DNA of 64,000 nucleotides from Ramazzottius varieornatus (lineage: Eukaryota > Animalia > Tardigrada): assembly GCA_001949185.1 (NCBI GenBank), contig BDGG01000017.1, forward strand, positions 62,001 to 126,000, given 5' to 3'. The notes under the pieces were generated by a model. It was not told the DNA's origin and searched no databases. It was given only the letters and a program-made list of their open reading frames with translations. Numbering within the stretch: the first letter of the stretch is position 1; every line of letters starts with the position of its first letter. Below are positions 1 through 14,550 of the stretch, one piece after another. The position numbers were made by a program, and so were the translations under genes.

Positions 1-1087
1 GTGATTCCGCGTTTCATAACTCATTCTGGTTTGTTCCATCGTACAGCTTCCACAATCGCAATTCCGTAAACTGAGACTCTCCTTTCAGCCTAGCTTTATC
101 CACTGAGGCGTCCGGATGCAATGTCGAGTCAACAGCAACTTCAACCTTCGCTCTTGTGAACCACTTCAGGACAATGTACATAAACGTGTATAAAGTTTGA
201 GGTTAGCTCTGCTATCGCCCCAAGATAAGAGCGGTATGGACGACGAGTTGACTAATGAATATAAAAAGACGTGCAGCAGTAAAAACTGAAGCGGGCCAAT
301 GTCAATTCAATATACACGATCGAAGAAGATGGTGCGTTTCCGCATCAAACGTGAAACTATCACGCACACTGTGCTGTATGTCTATACTGTATACATTGAA
401 CTTTCGAGAATGGCGCAGAAACAGTACAGTCTGTGTTTTACAGTCGGAGGAGATGCTTGTGTAACATTTATCTAACAGGGTTGCCTTGATCGATGGCAGC
501 ATCAGCGGAATATAGAGTAGTATAGAAGCGAGAGAAGACAAGTTCAATGTGGGATGGGGCAATTGCAAGCTCAGCAGTACAGTGAACACATCTATCGAGC
601 TAATGCTATTAAGCTGTCTGAAGTACACCAAACGTTTTTCAGCCTTTCTCTGTTTTGATCGTACGGTCCGTAGAGTACATGACACACTGGTATGCGACGT
701 GATAAATCCGACTCAAGTGGCGTATGCAGGATGATGCAGCACGCAACTGATTATGAATCATCTAATCGATTTTTTCACTTTTGCTGGACCAGCCTACTCG
801 TACTTTATTATCCGCTATCGTTGCAGACTTGCAGTATAGTGATACTTCAACGCATGAACTCATACCGAGCTTTATTGAACCTTCACGGAAAATCATGACG
901 CATAGATTTTGGGTGCAATCCGACATATTAGCGGAAGGTGTCGCTCTCTATTGAACATCGACTTTCTGCAGATTGCCAGTGACAGGTCTGTTCCGGGCCT
1001 GACTATGAAACAGCCATTGATTCTAGTAATATTATGTAGCCTTGATTGTAGTACCCAGATGACTGCTCTTCAATCAAGACTATAACA

Positions 1088-1558
1088 TATGGGTATCGGC
1101 GGGCTAATTTGCGTACGAACTGTCTTGACTCCGAACGACCCTTTTCTGACTTGTTATAGGCAATATCGCGGGGCATCGCGTGGTGAGTTTGCCGTACCTC
1201 GCCGTGGCTCAAAGTTTCAAAACATTGTTCGCCCTTTTGAGAAGATTTCTCTGGAAATTCCAGGGGAGGTTTTATTGCAAAATACGTGCGGGCGCATTTT
1301 CAGGCTGTACGCCGTCGCTGTGACGTCCGAAACATTTTCAGCCAAAATTTCGAACCCCTCCAAATTTTCCTGACGTAGCCACCTGACCACTGGTCAGACA
1401 GTCAAATTAACCCCAGTATCTTGTTCCTCGATGTTTGCTTCACTAGATTGCATCAGCAGTTTAACTTCGCCCTTGGGGTCCCAAAACATCAGACTCGTTT
1501 TCTCAACAATTAGACTGGGAAACGTTCGTACGCAAATTGGGCCGCCGAAACCCACATA
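1088..1558. mobile_element. MITE-like element with ~33-bp imperfect terminal inverted repeats
   Basis: tatgggtatcggcgggctaatttgcgtacgaac (1088-1120) is inverted against gttcgtacgcaaattgggccgccgaaacccacata (1524-1558). The ORF track shows mirrored peptides GIGGLICVRT / GFGGPICVRT. Confidence 0.6.
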
Positions 1559-4500
1559 ATCAGTACCTGTCATAATCAGGCCAGGAACATGCCTGGTATA
1601 CGCCATTTTCTTTTAACTTTCTACGTAGTTTCCGATCTTTTTTTATGGCACCTCCATCAATCGGGGCTTGTCTTTGACATGACTCACCTCCACCGGTGGT
1701 TGATTGACTTCCTGGTTGTAACTGTAAGATTTGATGTTTGATAATTTAGCTCTTTCCTGTGCACCTAAATGATTAAGGTTGCACACGTGGGCGATCCAAA
1801 GAGGATGAACGGCGCAATGAAAAAAAGGCTGGAAACCATCATCAAAGTCTCGGCAACTGCTGTGCGCTTCAGTAAGAAATTTCTTCTGGGAGCGTAATGG
1901 AAGCTTTGCGTGCAATGCTGTCCGCCACTTTTCCTTGTCTTTCCTATACAGTGCGTAGCACTTTGAAGTACTGGGCCATCTCTCGTGATATCGGTAGCGA
2001 CTACCAGGGAGGATCCTGAAGGTGGCGTGTGAGCTGCAAAAGAAGAAATTATTTGTTGAAGCCAGACAGGGACCAGACGGACAAATTGATTAATCACGAT
2101 GTGCTCCCGAATTTACCTCGTCGCGTTTATTTGGCGGTTCCTTCAGTAAGATACAGTAAGTTGGTCCGGCTTCCCACCAGCAAGTTCGATAAAACATCCA
2201 CGAAGAACTGCACCATAGAGAGAACATCCACGACGCTCATGAACTGAAATAAGAAGAGCTTCACGGGGTCAACGAGGAACGGAAAACAAGCTCGCTAATG
2301 AACCAGACATTGGTCCCGATCTCGGCCTCCAGAAACGAATCGGCCCAAGTTGTGATGTCGTTTATCGTTACATGGCCAGCATTGACGCTCTCAGCTAGAT
2401 CTGTCTTGAACTGACCCATGCTGCGGACGCCAAGATGGCGAGAAGGACCGTTAACGTATCAAACATGGAGATTAATGGTGGCCGCGATGGAACATCCGAG
2501 TACGTTGAAGAGATTGTATAGAAAAAGCTGAACGTCGCTTTAAAGTTGCAAATCGGGCAGCGAGATCGGGTGTTTGAACAGTTCTTCCGACACTAGTAAG
2601 TATTTGAGGTCAACATTGGTTGGAAGGGGAACGCTCCGTAGATGACTAATAAGATCTCGGATCTGTCTGCCGCTGAACACTGAGGCGCAGGTGGCGCTGC
2701 GGATCACCGAACGAACAGATGGCTCCACTACACTGATGATGTGCCATTGGGAGCTCAGCTTATCGATGAAGAAGCGAGACACTCATGCTCAAGACCCTTT
2801 CCATATCGAAGCTCGCAAACTGCGTCGCAAGGAAAAAAGTCAAAGTTGCCCATCATCGAGCTGCAGTGACAGAAGGGTGTCAGGTACTGGAAAAACCTTA
2901 AGTTGATCGAACACGGGCTAGGAGGAAAAAAGGAAAAATTGAAGCTAGCAAATAGACTGGATGTCGGGACCATTGTTTCTTGATAAGGTCTAAGCCTGAG
3001 CCGATGAGCGACCTGCAGAGGTCTGTCCCCCGAGACGGCTACAAAAGAATTCTGATTTATTCTGGTTTCCCTTCAACAGTCGGTTTCCGTGAATCAAGTA
3101 CCATTGTGGTCAGGAACGTGAGGACATGGCGAATCAAACAATCAAAATTGCTGTATGACGTGACGTCACGGCAATCAAAAGCCTTGATCAACGTTTCCGG
3201 TTCAGTCAGCTGTTTCAGGCGTAACAGGTGTTCTTTTGTGATACCGAGAGTCTTCCTGTGATCTCTTCTGTGATATCTAAAGCTTCATCTGTCATTATGT
3301 TCAAAAAGGAAGTTTGGAATGAGTTCAGGCTACAGGGTGAGTGATGGAGTGATTTAGATTTCAGAGGGTGCCTTCCAATAAAGTCCATCAAATCTGATTG
3401 CGATCCCGCCCCGAACTCCGCCTTCGTTTTGATTGACTGATTCGCCATGTCCTCACGTTCGTGATCACAATGGTAAACGGGCAACGTATTTTAGCAATGG
3501 CGTGCTTTGGTTTTCTTGATCGAGGTTGACGGAAGTACATTGCAGGAGCTCAGACTTGCCACACATAGAGACATGTCACCAGACATCTTGTTTGTGGTTA
3601 CAACAGAATTTTCTGCACCGCGCAAATATTCCACGTCGCTCCGGTTCCGGCAACTCATCTACGTATCTGGTGCGAGTTTTCGCACAGGTGACGAGGCTGG
3701 CAGTAGTACTGCAGATGTGTGCCTACGTATACAGTGCTGAACTGGTGGCTCAAACGAGAATCGTCCCTTTGGTTTCGAATTACAGTTCGAGCTTGTCCAG
3801 AACCGGTATACCCACAGTGCACGATATTCGGCACGATGCCCCTGATGGCGAACTGCAAAAGAATGAACTAATAATTTCATTTCAGTATTACCGGGCCGTA
3901 CCACTGTGGAATCTTGATGAGCCCGTCAAATGTGACCTCGATCAGCGCAAATGTAGCCCGAACACATACTGTCAGAATCAATATATTCTGCATGGTCCCG
4001 CAGCATTGATTGCTCGAACGGTTGCGATGGCATTATCTGTACATGGGAAACTTCTCACAAGGCTTTGCCGCAACAGGGAAACACAATGTATTGCTCGGTT
4101 CAGGCGCGAGTATGTCTCCGCCCAGCGATTGTTGGGTGGTGCTCTAACTGTGAAAACTTGCATTGAGACGCGACATGCACATGCACACAGTAACTATCAC
4201 GAGCGTTTGTGAGGTCGCTATTCAGTGAAGCGATACAGGCATTACATCAGACTTCGCATGGTTTCTGGTTCATCTTATCGTCTCCTGATTTTCCGCCTTG
4301 CCAATCTCGCTTCCCCCAGTTCTCTTGGATTGAGCAAGTGACCAGCCTTCATTGAAGATGTCAGAGAAGATGCAGTTGAGCATTGGCTTCAGACCAGTTT
4401 TATTTCTTGTTTCAGTTTAGATTTGGATATATTGTGATGTTTTCAGTTCTGATGGGCATTTCAGTGAGTTCCCGCCTTCTTCGGCAGGTTTAAGACCGTG

Positions 4501-6277
4501 TTTCACTGATCTGATACTACCGTGTTACAAAGTTGCGGGACTATGCAGAATATAATTATGGAGTCTGGTACTATCGTACAGTACACGATAAAACAGAATG
4601 GGCGTTAGTGGAAACCAGGTGGTTAACCAATCGGATTTGGAGATTTGGTTAACTTCAAGGATGACTAGCTAACTTAGTTGCGTGTAAGAGGTCGCATTCA
4701 TTTTCGAAGGTCTTTCTTTGCTTACATTGTACCGTACCGTACTCAGAAACTGTTTCCTCTGGTATGGAGACACTTCAGGTACACTTTGTCGGTACCTGCA
4801 AACCTCATGGGCTCTTCTGAATTCAGCGGAAATGCCGGCTCATCGCTGTCGATCTTCCATTGTGAAAGTGCAGTAAGAAGAGGTCCTGACCAGGAGCGCC
4901 GTGAGCATCAGAGCTCGACTCCTTGCCCTATCGACGAAGACTTTCAGAGCGTGGCTGGAGGCCTTTCCAGCCTGTCCTTTTTCCGAACTTTAGCAAACTA
5001 AACACCTTGGGTCCGGCTAACCAAACACACTTGTCACACGTCGGCCTAACGTGTCCTCACAAGAAAAACGATTAGAAAATGCATGACGAAATTAAAGTCA
5101 ACGTTCGTCGTTCCTGCGGGCGTTTAAAGCCTCTTTCCACAAAGTTTTCTGACTAGGGACAGTCAGCTAGTGACTATGTTTTCGCTGAAGTCGCCATTGT
5201 TCGATATTCGAAGTCACAATTAAAATCACCGTCGATCTTGCTACTGTAAATCATGTGGTGTAAAGAATGCACAGAATGAGACGGAATCACCGTCAGGCAA
5301 TTAGGTAAGTCTCCAATTTTCGTGCTCCAGTAAAGTGTCGGGTTCGCTGACACTTTTCCGGGGAGCAGCTGTGTGCTGCACCCATGGAACTGATTGTGTT
5401 TCTTGGGTAGGTTGTCTTATTGCATCTCCGGATTTCCACTCGCTCGCATTACGCAGTTTCAGCTACTCATGTTTAATTACAAGCCTGGAATGCATCACCG
5501 AGCATGATTAGATCAACAAGACGAAGAACACTCCTTGGTATCACGCCGTACCGCAGTGAAAACAGGAACCCAGCCTTCTTGAGTAACGAGTTTTGTAGGA
5601 TCAGCGCCTTCAGCAGGGATTCCATCCAACCTCTCTACCCATATGCTTTTCAATAACCTCAGTCTGAAAGCTTAAGAATGGGAGCCACCGTAATCCATCA
5701 AGTAAAAACCGGGTGTGCGGTTCGGAAAGGACATTGATGATTGCTGTCATGCACGAGAACTTGAAAATGCACTCGCTTGATTACCCTAAATTTCGGTAGA
5801 AGGCTATATGTAATGGAAGACTTCAGACTGTGTAGTTCAAAGGATATTCCCTGACGTACCTTTCGAAGTACTGTACATCACTTGCACAAGGAAGTTATCA
5901 TCGGCACCCAGCGTGTACTGTGCCTACTGTGTACATCTTTAATTCTCGTTGACTACACCAACTGCCCGGAAGCTTTGCCACTCATCTGCTAAGCTTCCCA
6001 CTAAAGGCAGTAATCCCAGTTCTCAGAGTTGCTGTCAGCTCACACAGTCTGCCGTCGGTCCATGCCAGCTACTTAAGCACGCTCTAATCGACTTGATGCG
6101 CTTCAGCTCTCAACTTTCTCTTTTTGCGCAGGCTGGGTCGTGACTATCGTACAATCACAGACAAACAAGCATCCGTCCCAGGGCCTTACCCGTGTGCATC
6201 GGGAGCTCGTTTGGTCCAACGGATCTTCCAGCTGCAGAGCTGCATCATTTTCCCTCGAGCAGGACTTGAATATCACA

Positions 6278-6721
6278 ATGCATTCTTTCACTACATTTTC
6301 GCTATCAGCGTTAGTCATCAGTGCCGTCATAACTGATGCTGCTGTCGGCTTCGCTCTACCCTTCGCCTATGGCGGAATGGACCGAGACGACAACGACACA
6401 GTCGGTAAGTCCCTTGTGATATTTCGACGTTACTCACAACCGCGCTGGGCACAGAATATTTTTCGGTGACGTTTTATGCGACTGTGGAAGAGGCTTTCTT
6501 CATCGTTTGCAGGGCCGTACGAGATGGTGCCGGAGCTACCTGCGACATCGGCCCGCTACTACATGGATTCCTCCAACAAGCGCTCGGCACCAAATCCGGC
6601 AGGACTGATGGGTCCCTCGCCTCGAGGACCGCTGGACGATTGCAAGTCTTATTTTGACTGCCGCCAACGCTTCATCAAGTATCTGGACTCCCTGGCCAAG
6701 ATTGGCCGCATGGGCCGTTAA
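6278..6721 (+). CDS. Secreted prohormone-like protein, GFAL/CxxYxxC family paralog 1 (exons 6278-6404, 6513-6721)
   Basis: Hydrophobic signal peptide ending AVG-FALP; phase-1 intron GTAAGT...TTTGCAG; KR site followed by SAPNPAGLMGPSPRGPLDDCKSYFDCRQRFIKYLDSLAKIGRMGR-stop. Confidence 0.8.
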
Positions 6722-8111
6722 CCATACTCCAAGCGGCTACGCTGCCATAAGTGTCAACCCTATTGGAACTTAAGTTCGTCAAAGCCAGCCAGCAGTTCCA
6801 CTGAGCCAAGAAACGCAGCAGCCTGTTTTTAGAGGGGATCTCGATTAACTACACTCAAACTGCACAATGTTGCTTCTATCCTCTATTCTTTACTAGGTAC
6901 CTTTCGCTCTCGTAGAGGTGCTGCCACTTACAGTCTTATGTGTTTAGGTGCTAATACTCGACAAAATTATGCTGCAAGCTCATTTGACTGTGACGTGTAC
7001 ACGCACGAAATGCTAGCTGTTCGCAGTGGATAATCCAAATACTGCGAATGTGCCTGCATGTAACATTGACAGCCGGTATTATGGTCTTGACTCTAACAAG
7101 GGGACCTTCAGACCATGCCATACGCCGATCATGTTACCGATACTATTACGTGATAGCTGTGCCTCCTAGCTCTCTATAAACAATGGGAAAGCAATGCTAC
7201 CGACCAATTCCTGGAGTTGCAGAAATCTCCGAGGAACGTCGTTCGCTTAGAACCAATGTTACAGCCGGGACAGCAATTCAAAGGTCAACCCGGATCGACC
7301 TGATCGACTCTCCAGAAAAGTACCAAGTCACATCGATCTGGTGCGGAACGTAGTTCTGGACCCCATACTAGCGAGGGACGTGCGAAAAGCCAACTTTCGG
7401 AAAACTGAATTCTCCAGCATCTTTGTACGTATTGATATAATGCACAGCAATTTGGACGCAAACTGCTAAAACGGCTTTTTGGCAAAACTGCCGTTATTCT
7501 TACAAGCATCAACCTCAAAACTTCTTTCTGCACCATCTCGATGTGGAACTTATTGTTTGTCTGAAGAGAAGACCAGTTTTCGGATTGACCTTTGTGGTGC
7601 TGTATGGGCAGTAACACTGGTTTTACAGCGAGCGGCGTCCTTCGGGATTCTCTGCCTTCAGGAAAAGCTATCACCAAGCATCGATAACATGATCTGCGTA
7701 TGACATGGTCTGAAGTTCCCGTTGTAAGAAAAATTGACATATCGTTTTCGAGGTACCATAATTAGGCGTCTTCTGAGTGCTCAGTCACGGACCAGCTTCA
7801 CGGCCAAGTGTCTTCTCAATATTTTCTGGATTTGTAAACACTTTTACGAACAGTCACGCATAAACCGATGCATTCCAGACAAATTGATTTCAGTGATTAT
7901 TTCAGAACGGAACTTGTTTGTCTGATCGAGTAATTTGAGTTTAGGGTCGGCACTCAATCAGGCTTCACATTACAAGAACGCACGGGCGGATTGGTCCACT
8001 TCGTAGCTTTATCAGCGTACCCGAACCTCGCACGCGTTAACATCAGATGATATGTTAGGCGGAAAACAAAGCTTTGCATCAGCGGAGCAGAAAAATCTAA
8101 TCAAATAACTG

Positions 8112-9170
8112 TCACTCGATCTTCTGGTTCTCATGATTGTAGAATCCGTTCTCACTCAGTTGTATCTTGCTCCATCCTTCCGAGCTGTAAGTGTGGGTAG
8201 TCGTCATCGTGTCAGTGACGACAACGGATGTAGCGGTTCTGGTAACAGTTTGAACTGTAGTCCTGATCGTGTTTCCACTCGACTGCGTCTGCGTGATGGT
8301 GGTGGTATTCTCCATTTCCCATGTGATGGGTGCCACGGTGGGGTGCTGGGTGCTATTCCAGCCTGACCACGTAGATGGTCTTGGGGAAGAGTTCCATGGA
8401 CGCAGAGTGGAGCTGGGATAGACCGGAGACCACTGACTGGATGTATTTCGGCTGGTCGATGGTGGGGCAGTGGTAGAGTTGTGCTGGCCTAAGGGGACGG
8501 CTGCAGAAGGAAGATTGTCTCAACCATTATCCACAACGTACAGGTTTCAATGCATCTGACCCAATGGGCGACGACAACAGACTTACATGCCACGTAGAGA
8601 CGGAAGCCGCGTCTGGTGATACTACCGTCAGTGACGAAGATTGCTTCCTACGAGGAAATCGGGTTTCGTCTTAAGTATCGGTATTTTCAAATGATGTTCA
8701 ACGTTTCTGTACGATGCGTCAACACACCACGCTGTGGCTGTCAGAATAAATCGGCCATGTTAAGTTCTGTCCATTGCCGGTGATCTTGGCTAGCAGACGG
8801 TTAGTGGAAGGGGAAGTGTCATACAGGTAAAGGTTGTCCCAGCCATCTTCCAGGTCCACGTCATAAGGGTGGAACTGCGAAAAGAACGCGAGGTAGGAAA
8901 TGTTTTAACACGATAATCTTGTACCTACTGCCTCATAGTGTCTTATTCAGATTGAATTCACGCGCGCTTTTGCATCCCTACCACCATCTTTTGGTCGGGG
9001 TCGGTGGTGATCCAGGTTATACAGTCAAGGTTGTTCGAATAATTGCCGTGACCGTAGTTGGGCGATTCGAAAACTAAGTACAACTTTGGCTCGTTCACCT
9101 TATGGCTATATAATTTGCCAGGATCAGAACAATTCTCACGGTTAAGAACCATCTCTGGCCGGGCCCGCAT
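8112..9170 (-). CDS. CUB-domain protein with Ser/Thr-rich tail (multi-exon; 5' end not resolved)
   Basis: Spliced reading FESPNYGHGNYSNNLDCITWI...DLEDGWDNLYLYD...KITG...FVTDGSITRRGF matches the CUB consensus (SPNYP/DC.W.I/F.TD.S...GF), followed by a Thr-rich exon ending at 8112. Confidence 0.75.
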
Positions 9171-11175
9171 GCGCTCTTTTTATCTCACGTAATTGCATAC
9201 TCTCTGTTCCCGGTCTTGTTTATCATTGCTTTCATCTTAGCGTCGCCCGTTCCTTGATCTATACTCGTTGGTTCATTGATCGAGTTTCCATGTCTTACCA
9301 ATTCTAATCATGTGAGCTTGGTAAGTCAGTCTGCGACTTTTGGACATCTGTTCTTTGAAGGCACGGCGACGAGCTGTTCGTGATGGGGAGTTTATCCCAA
9401 AAATTCCACAATAAGTCTGTTCCTATTCATGGGTCCTTCTGTTCCCTAAACCTCATCCAAACTTAATCATGACTTGAGAAAGTCTATTCAACGAATAGGG
9501 GAAACAACAGCAGAAAACTCATCCCGGCTTTTCTTGTGCCCAGCAATGGGAAGAACATGGTAACAATCTTCCTTTTGAACATTCACTGGCATTCGCTTAC
9601 GAACAACTTTTCTCATTGGGGCTTTTCAACATTGGGGTTTACTCAATTATAGGCTTTTCAACATTGAGTAAACCCCTCTTCGTTCCGCCGCTGGCTCCTC
9701 AATTCTGTGGCATCTTCCTATCTCTAAGCCTGTCACGAGAGAAAGAAGAGTGTCTGTTCTAGCCCGGCGAACAAAACCTAGGCGATTTGGAGCAGAAGGA
9801 GCTAAGATTCAGACCGCCCGAATTGTGCAAGTTTACCTCGTAGCGTGTAAGAAGATATATGCAGCGAGCCACCATGAGCTCTCGAATGAAGAGCCGGCTA
9901 GGACCAATACTGCACTCTCATTTCTGGAAAGTTCGTACAAAACAAAACCTCGAGAGACCTTGTTAGGTATTGAAAGTTGGCAGAAACTCTAGAAACAGCC
10001 TATTGCTCCTTAGACTTGGTTTTGCTGATCCAACGAAGGACCGACCAGTAATAACGTAAGCGCGCTGCAGTACAAACGAGCCTCCACTCTCAGTTCCTGC
10101 GGTCCTCCTTGCAGTTGACTTAGCACCATCATGCAGTTATACCGTATGACGGCTGTTAGGAGGCTTTGCAAACGAGCTGTCGAAGTACATCGACTTCTTG
10201 GCCGGACCGAGAAACCCAAACAAAAAGTTTATCGGCCCACGAAACGCTAGGAGGAGGAAGACGGAAGGACAGCCGAAACAGAAAGAAAGCAGAAAGAGCA
10301 GAGCAACTGATCTAAGATCGCGTCCCGTTCGACTACTGTACGACTCGTACTACAACCAACGGAGGCGAGTGATAGGTGCTGTTGCTGGTTCTGGAGATAG
10401 ATGTGTCCAGTCAAGATGGAGAAGTAAGTGGAGGTGTTTTTTACCGAGAACCCGGCGGTACCGCAGCGAGCCGGTAAGCAGTTACCATCAGTGCACGAGG
10501 GTCATGCTTTCGATGCGAGACCTGTAATAATCGGTTTCTCGAGGGATATAACCGCTCCTTTAAAGTTATTACAGACTAATCTACGTTGCGCAGTTACATG
10601 TACGAGGAGGGAAACCCAACTTTTCTAACGGGCATACTTTGCTAGGTCAAATTCTGCAGGTGGCGCGGTCCTGTGTCTTGTTCAGCTGATAAGGTTCTAC
10701 GGCCATAAGGACCGAGCGAGAGTTAGCAAAGTTTTAGCTGTTCCGATTTCGAATAGAACCCAGCCGTAAAGCTGTAGTGACGCTGCACCACAACTGCGCG
10801 ATTTCTATTTAGCACGGCACATATGCGGTTAACTGAATCAGCTGATTTGGCTGCCGTACGCCCTCTGCAGAAAGTGCTGACCCTAATATCGGAAGCCATT
10901 TTCAAACGATCTTACTCCTGATTTATTCCCGCTACGATCTGTCACCTATTTTCGAACCAGGCTGGTGCAGATTGAGGAAAAGAGTTGAGACAAATTAACA
11001 GAAAAATTTGACAATTTCTGGTTGGAAGACTATTGAGAAAGTCTTCAGTTAGAAAAGTAGTAGTAGCTAGTTTGGCGAGTTAGAAAAGTTAGGTATCGCT
11101 CCTCGTACAAAAGAAGACATATCGTTAAGGCAGGTTTCTGGTCGATCGAGACAAGTATCAAACAGAGACGTTGAA

Positions 11176-11877
11176 CTACAGTCGGACTAGAACAGCACCT
11201 TGCTTTATGAAACTAAGAGCCAACAGTCCGAGCATCACGAAATGGGCGCTTGTCACACTCTCCGCACTGTTACATTCGGCAGTACTGCAAAGGCAGGTCG
11301 CTAAGGTCCCAAGCGTTAACTGATCCTTGGCTACGCACCCCACCGGTATGTTTAAAGCGTTCTGACTGACGCATCCTCTTTCGTACATCGCTACAAGAGC
11401 AAACACGCGTACGGTTACGAGTAATTATTTCGCTCAGATGGGTAGAAGATCTTTCATACGGTATAATTAATCGGAATCACTGGGGAAACCCCAAGTACGC
11501 GGTTCGTAACCCAGACTTACCGACGCTGTGTTGACCTTCACTGTGAACGGTGACTCTCTTGAAGCACGCTTGATCTGGGCTATCTGGACAGTCTTTCGCA
11601 GGGATTTTCGTACTCTTGAATGGCTCAGCACAGCCTCCGTACTTCGAAGCACTTTCTTTGCACTCGTAGCACCTGAGCCCGTAACCTGCATTGAGAAGGT
11701 ATCCACATGCACTACAAGTTGAGCCTTACATGCGGTCATTCTGGTACCCATCAACTTTTCCGTCAACTGGGACAGTGTCACATAAGAATCCGATGCACAT
11801 GTAAGTAACCGTCAATTACCAGTTGAGAACGAAGCGAGCAGTATGACGCCGACCACAAGGTGTTGCAATTCCGCCAT
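11176..11877 (-). CDS. Ly6/uPAR (three-finger) quiver/sleepless-like GPI-anchored protein, copy 1 (3 exons)
   Basis: Signal exon MAELQHLVVGVILLASFST; exon 2 GLRCYECK...GGC...DC...ACFK; exon 3 RGC...GC...CLCSTAECN plus hydrophobic tail. 10 Cys. Confidence 0.88.
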
Positions 11878-12467
11878 AATGTCCTGAATGGCTGCCTTGT
11901 TGGAATAAAGGGATTGGTCGCTTGATTAGTCCAAAAGATTGATCACTGTTGGCTGTCGAGGATTAAACAGAGCGCAATGTTGAGCAGGAATGTCGGAGAG
12001 CAAACAGAAATGTGGAGTGTCGAACAAACACGACAACTAAAGGTTCCCTCTCAGACAAACATTCGCGTTGGTCGTTGCGTATTGTTTGTGCATGAGTCCG
12101 ACAGGAACTGAGATAGCTTTATTCATATTGATTCATGCCGTTTTCACAGAATGGTTGTTTGTCCAACCTCAGAGTCCAACCAAGCCTGTTGACTGCTGCA
12201 GAATAAGCGGCCCCTGTACTGTCGGGTACGTTTTACGACTATTACCCTTTTCGAAAGTCGCGAGAATGGTTCATAGAGCATTAAGTTGCGCAAGTGTGCC
12301 AATGAATTCCGTACAATGCAGAGTCCGAGAATGTTTTTACATTTAGCACGTTTGAGTTTTATGCGCCATTCTCTTTCAAATTCGCGGGCTGCGTAACCGC
12401 GGTACCCTTGTCACTCATCAAGACCGTAAAAAGCGGCGCATGATGAAAAAAATCTTACTGCTGTATT

Positions 12468-13023
12468 TCACGCCATAATGAGCTTGATGGTTATGAAACA
12501 CATCATGGTAAACAGCAGAGTCGATGTGAGTCCCCGAGTAGAACTTTCTGCTCCGTTGCATTCGTCCCGGTCACAAATACAGCTCGTGAACGAACCTTGG
12601 TTGTCGTTTTGTTTCGTGCATCCGGCAGCCTGTGTCCGACGTTCTGCGCAACCTCGGTGTATGTTTGCTGGAAAATAGCACAGTCATTAAATATGTTTCT
12701 GTAGTTATCGTAGAATAGTTTGTTTGGTGTGCTTACATCCGCCCTCGGTGGCAGTTTTGTCGCGGAACACTTTAACGCACACATCGTAAGGAGATTCACA
12801 CACAGCAACTTTGGAATCCTTCTTGCGGAACGGTTCACCGCAGTGGTAGCAGTCGTAACATCTGATGGCGTCTGAAATAGCTTTTCACTCACTTTCTTCC
12901 TTCTCTCCACATATCGATTAGACAAATGCAAAAACGTCGAACGAAAGGTATGTCCTTACCGACGATAACTGCAGAGACGATCGTGACGAGGAAGAAGGTC
13001 ATCAAGGTTCTTCCGCGACTCAT
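12468..13023 (-). CDS. Ly6/uPAR quiver/sleepless-like protein, copy 2 (3 exons; not visible in the ORF track)
   Basis: MSRGRTLMTFFLVTIVSAVIV | DAIRCYDCYHCGEPF...VCESPYDVCVK... | SNIHRGC...GC...SCICDRDECNG plus hydrophobic tail. Canonical GT-AG phase-1 introns. Confidence 0.88.
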
Positions 13024-13447
13024 CTTCGACCGTGAAAATCAAGAACTTAATTTCCCGGGAATATCTAGGATGGTCGAGTACCAGAAATACACCACTATCA
13101 ATATGGAGCAAGCCTTGACTGGTCTGGAACTGGCAGGGCGCGTGATGGCAGTTGATGTGACGGAAAGGAAAGTCAAGGTTTCCTCAAACTTCATTCAGTT
13201 CTTCTTCCGCTGTTTGGTTTGCACTTGTCAGATTTTGTATACCTTACTCATAAAGGAAGATAACAGTGTGTGCTGTGCTACATAATACACACCTTCCTTG
13301 ACTCGATCGGCGCGGGAATGACGCTGAGTAAGCTAAGTAATTACGACAATTTATGTTAGTCAGTGTTCTGTGGGACCGCCGAATGTCCGAAGTTTTGCAG
13401 TTTCGCTCCAAATTCTTTAGCATTTGGCACACGTTCTTACGTTGCAG

Positions 13448-14073
13448 TTAAGTAGTTGAGCGAGATAAGAGCAGCATCCGAAAGACCGAACTAAACAGTA
13501 GCGTACCAATAAGGCAAGACCATAAGGGAAAAGCGGAAGTGGGAAAAGAAGAAGTATTGCAAAGATCGCGATTGCACAGACAGCGAGTTAAACCTGCGCC
13601 AGTGATACTTCCGGTAATGGTAGTACAGTTGAGCTGTTGATTGCTACGCTGCATGCATCCGCGAGTATGAACCACACCTAGACAAGCATGGCATTCCGTT
13701 ATATCACAGCTCAAACTTTCGTAACACACCGATCTTGTAGTCAGTTGAAAGAGAAGTTGGATGGTCAGTTCTGCATCCTTACCGAACGAGCCTTCCGGCA
13801 CCTTTATGGCTGTCTTGAAACAAACAGGATCGGCTCCCTCGCATTGTTTCGTCTTGTTCTTTACAGACGGCTCCTTACAGTCCACGCATTCATAACATCG
13901 TAACCCATTGGCTGTAATTAACGCAATCCACGTACAGGCTAATCAGTCGCTGCGTACCAGATATTGAGTACATTACGAAGTAATGTAGTTACTTTACAAT
14001 TACCTCCATGCAAGACGAGACACATTGTGAGAAACGGAGTCGCCAATAGAAACAAAGAAGACATCGTGTACAT
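13448..14073 (-). CDS. Ly6/uPAR quiver/sleepless-like protein, copy 3 (3 exons)
   Basis: MYTMSSLFLLATPFLTMCLVLHG | ANGLRCYECVDC...QC...VCFK | RGC...NC...RCLCNRDLCN plus GPI-type tail. Confidence 0.88.
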
Positions 14074-14550
14074 CCGTCCAAAAATTTTGTGCATGCGCGA
14101 CAACAAGACGCTTGGTCGAAAGTTTTTCAGGGCATCGCTCTTGTCAGGTTAACGTTCTACTCTTTTATAGCTGCCGTTGTGCGTTGGAGCTGGTCAGCCA
14201 CAGTGCATACAGAAACATGGATGCTTGTCCGTGACTTTGCTGCACCTAGATGGGTTCTGTCATTGGCAACATTTTTGCTTCATGACCACGAACTCCCAAG
14301 GTGAACACGCGCCGACATGAACATGCAATTAACACATCGACCTTTCAAGGCCTGCCCACGTTATGTAGTATTATTAGACGTCGGAACTAGACTGACTTTA
14401 AATCTGCCGGTTCAGGGCACGTTTTATGGTTGTAAGCAGATGTACCGGAACATCCACCAATTAGAAAATTGAGTTTTGGCCGAAATTCATTTGAGAGGAC
14501 TATTCCTTCCACGCCTTCTTGGAATCTCGAATATTCTATATGCAGTGCTA

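Noticed and set aside
3526-4212. 228-aa plus-strand ORF as a real gene
   Set aside because: Non-ATG start, no recognisable domain or splice structure; the opposite strand looks more protein-like.
9365-9690. Possible MITE upstream of the CUB exons (repeated ggcttttcaacattg)
   Set aside because: The ends are too degenerate to define TIRs or a TSD.
12926-13285. 119-aa plus-strand ORF
   Set aside because: It lies antisense to the first exon and upstream region of Ly6 copy 2 and has no motif support.
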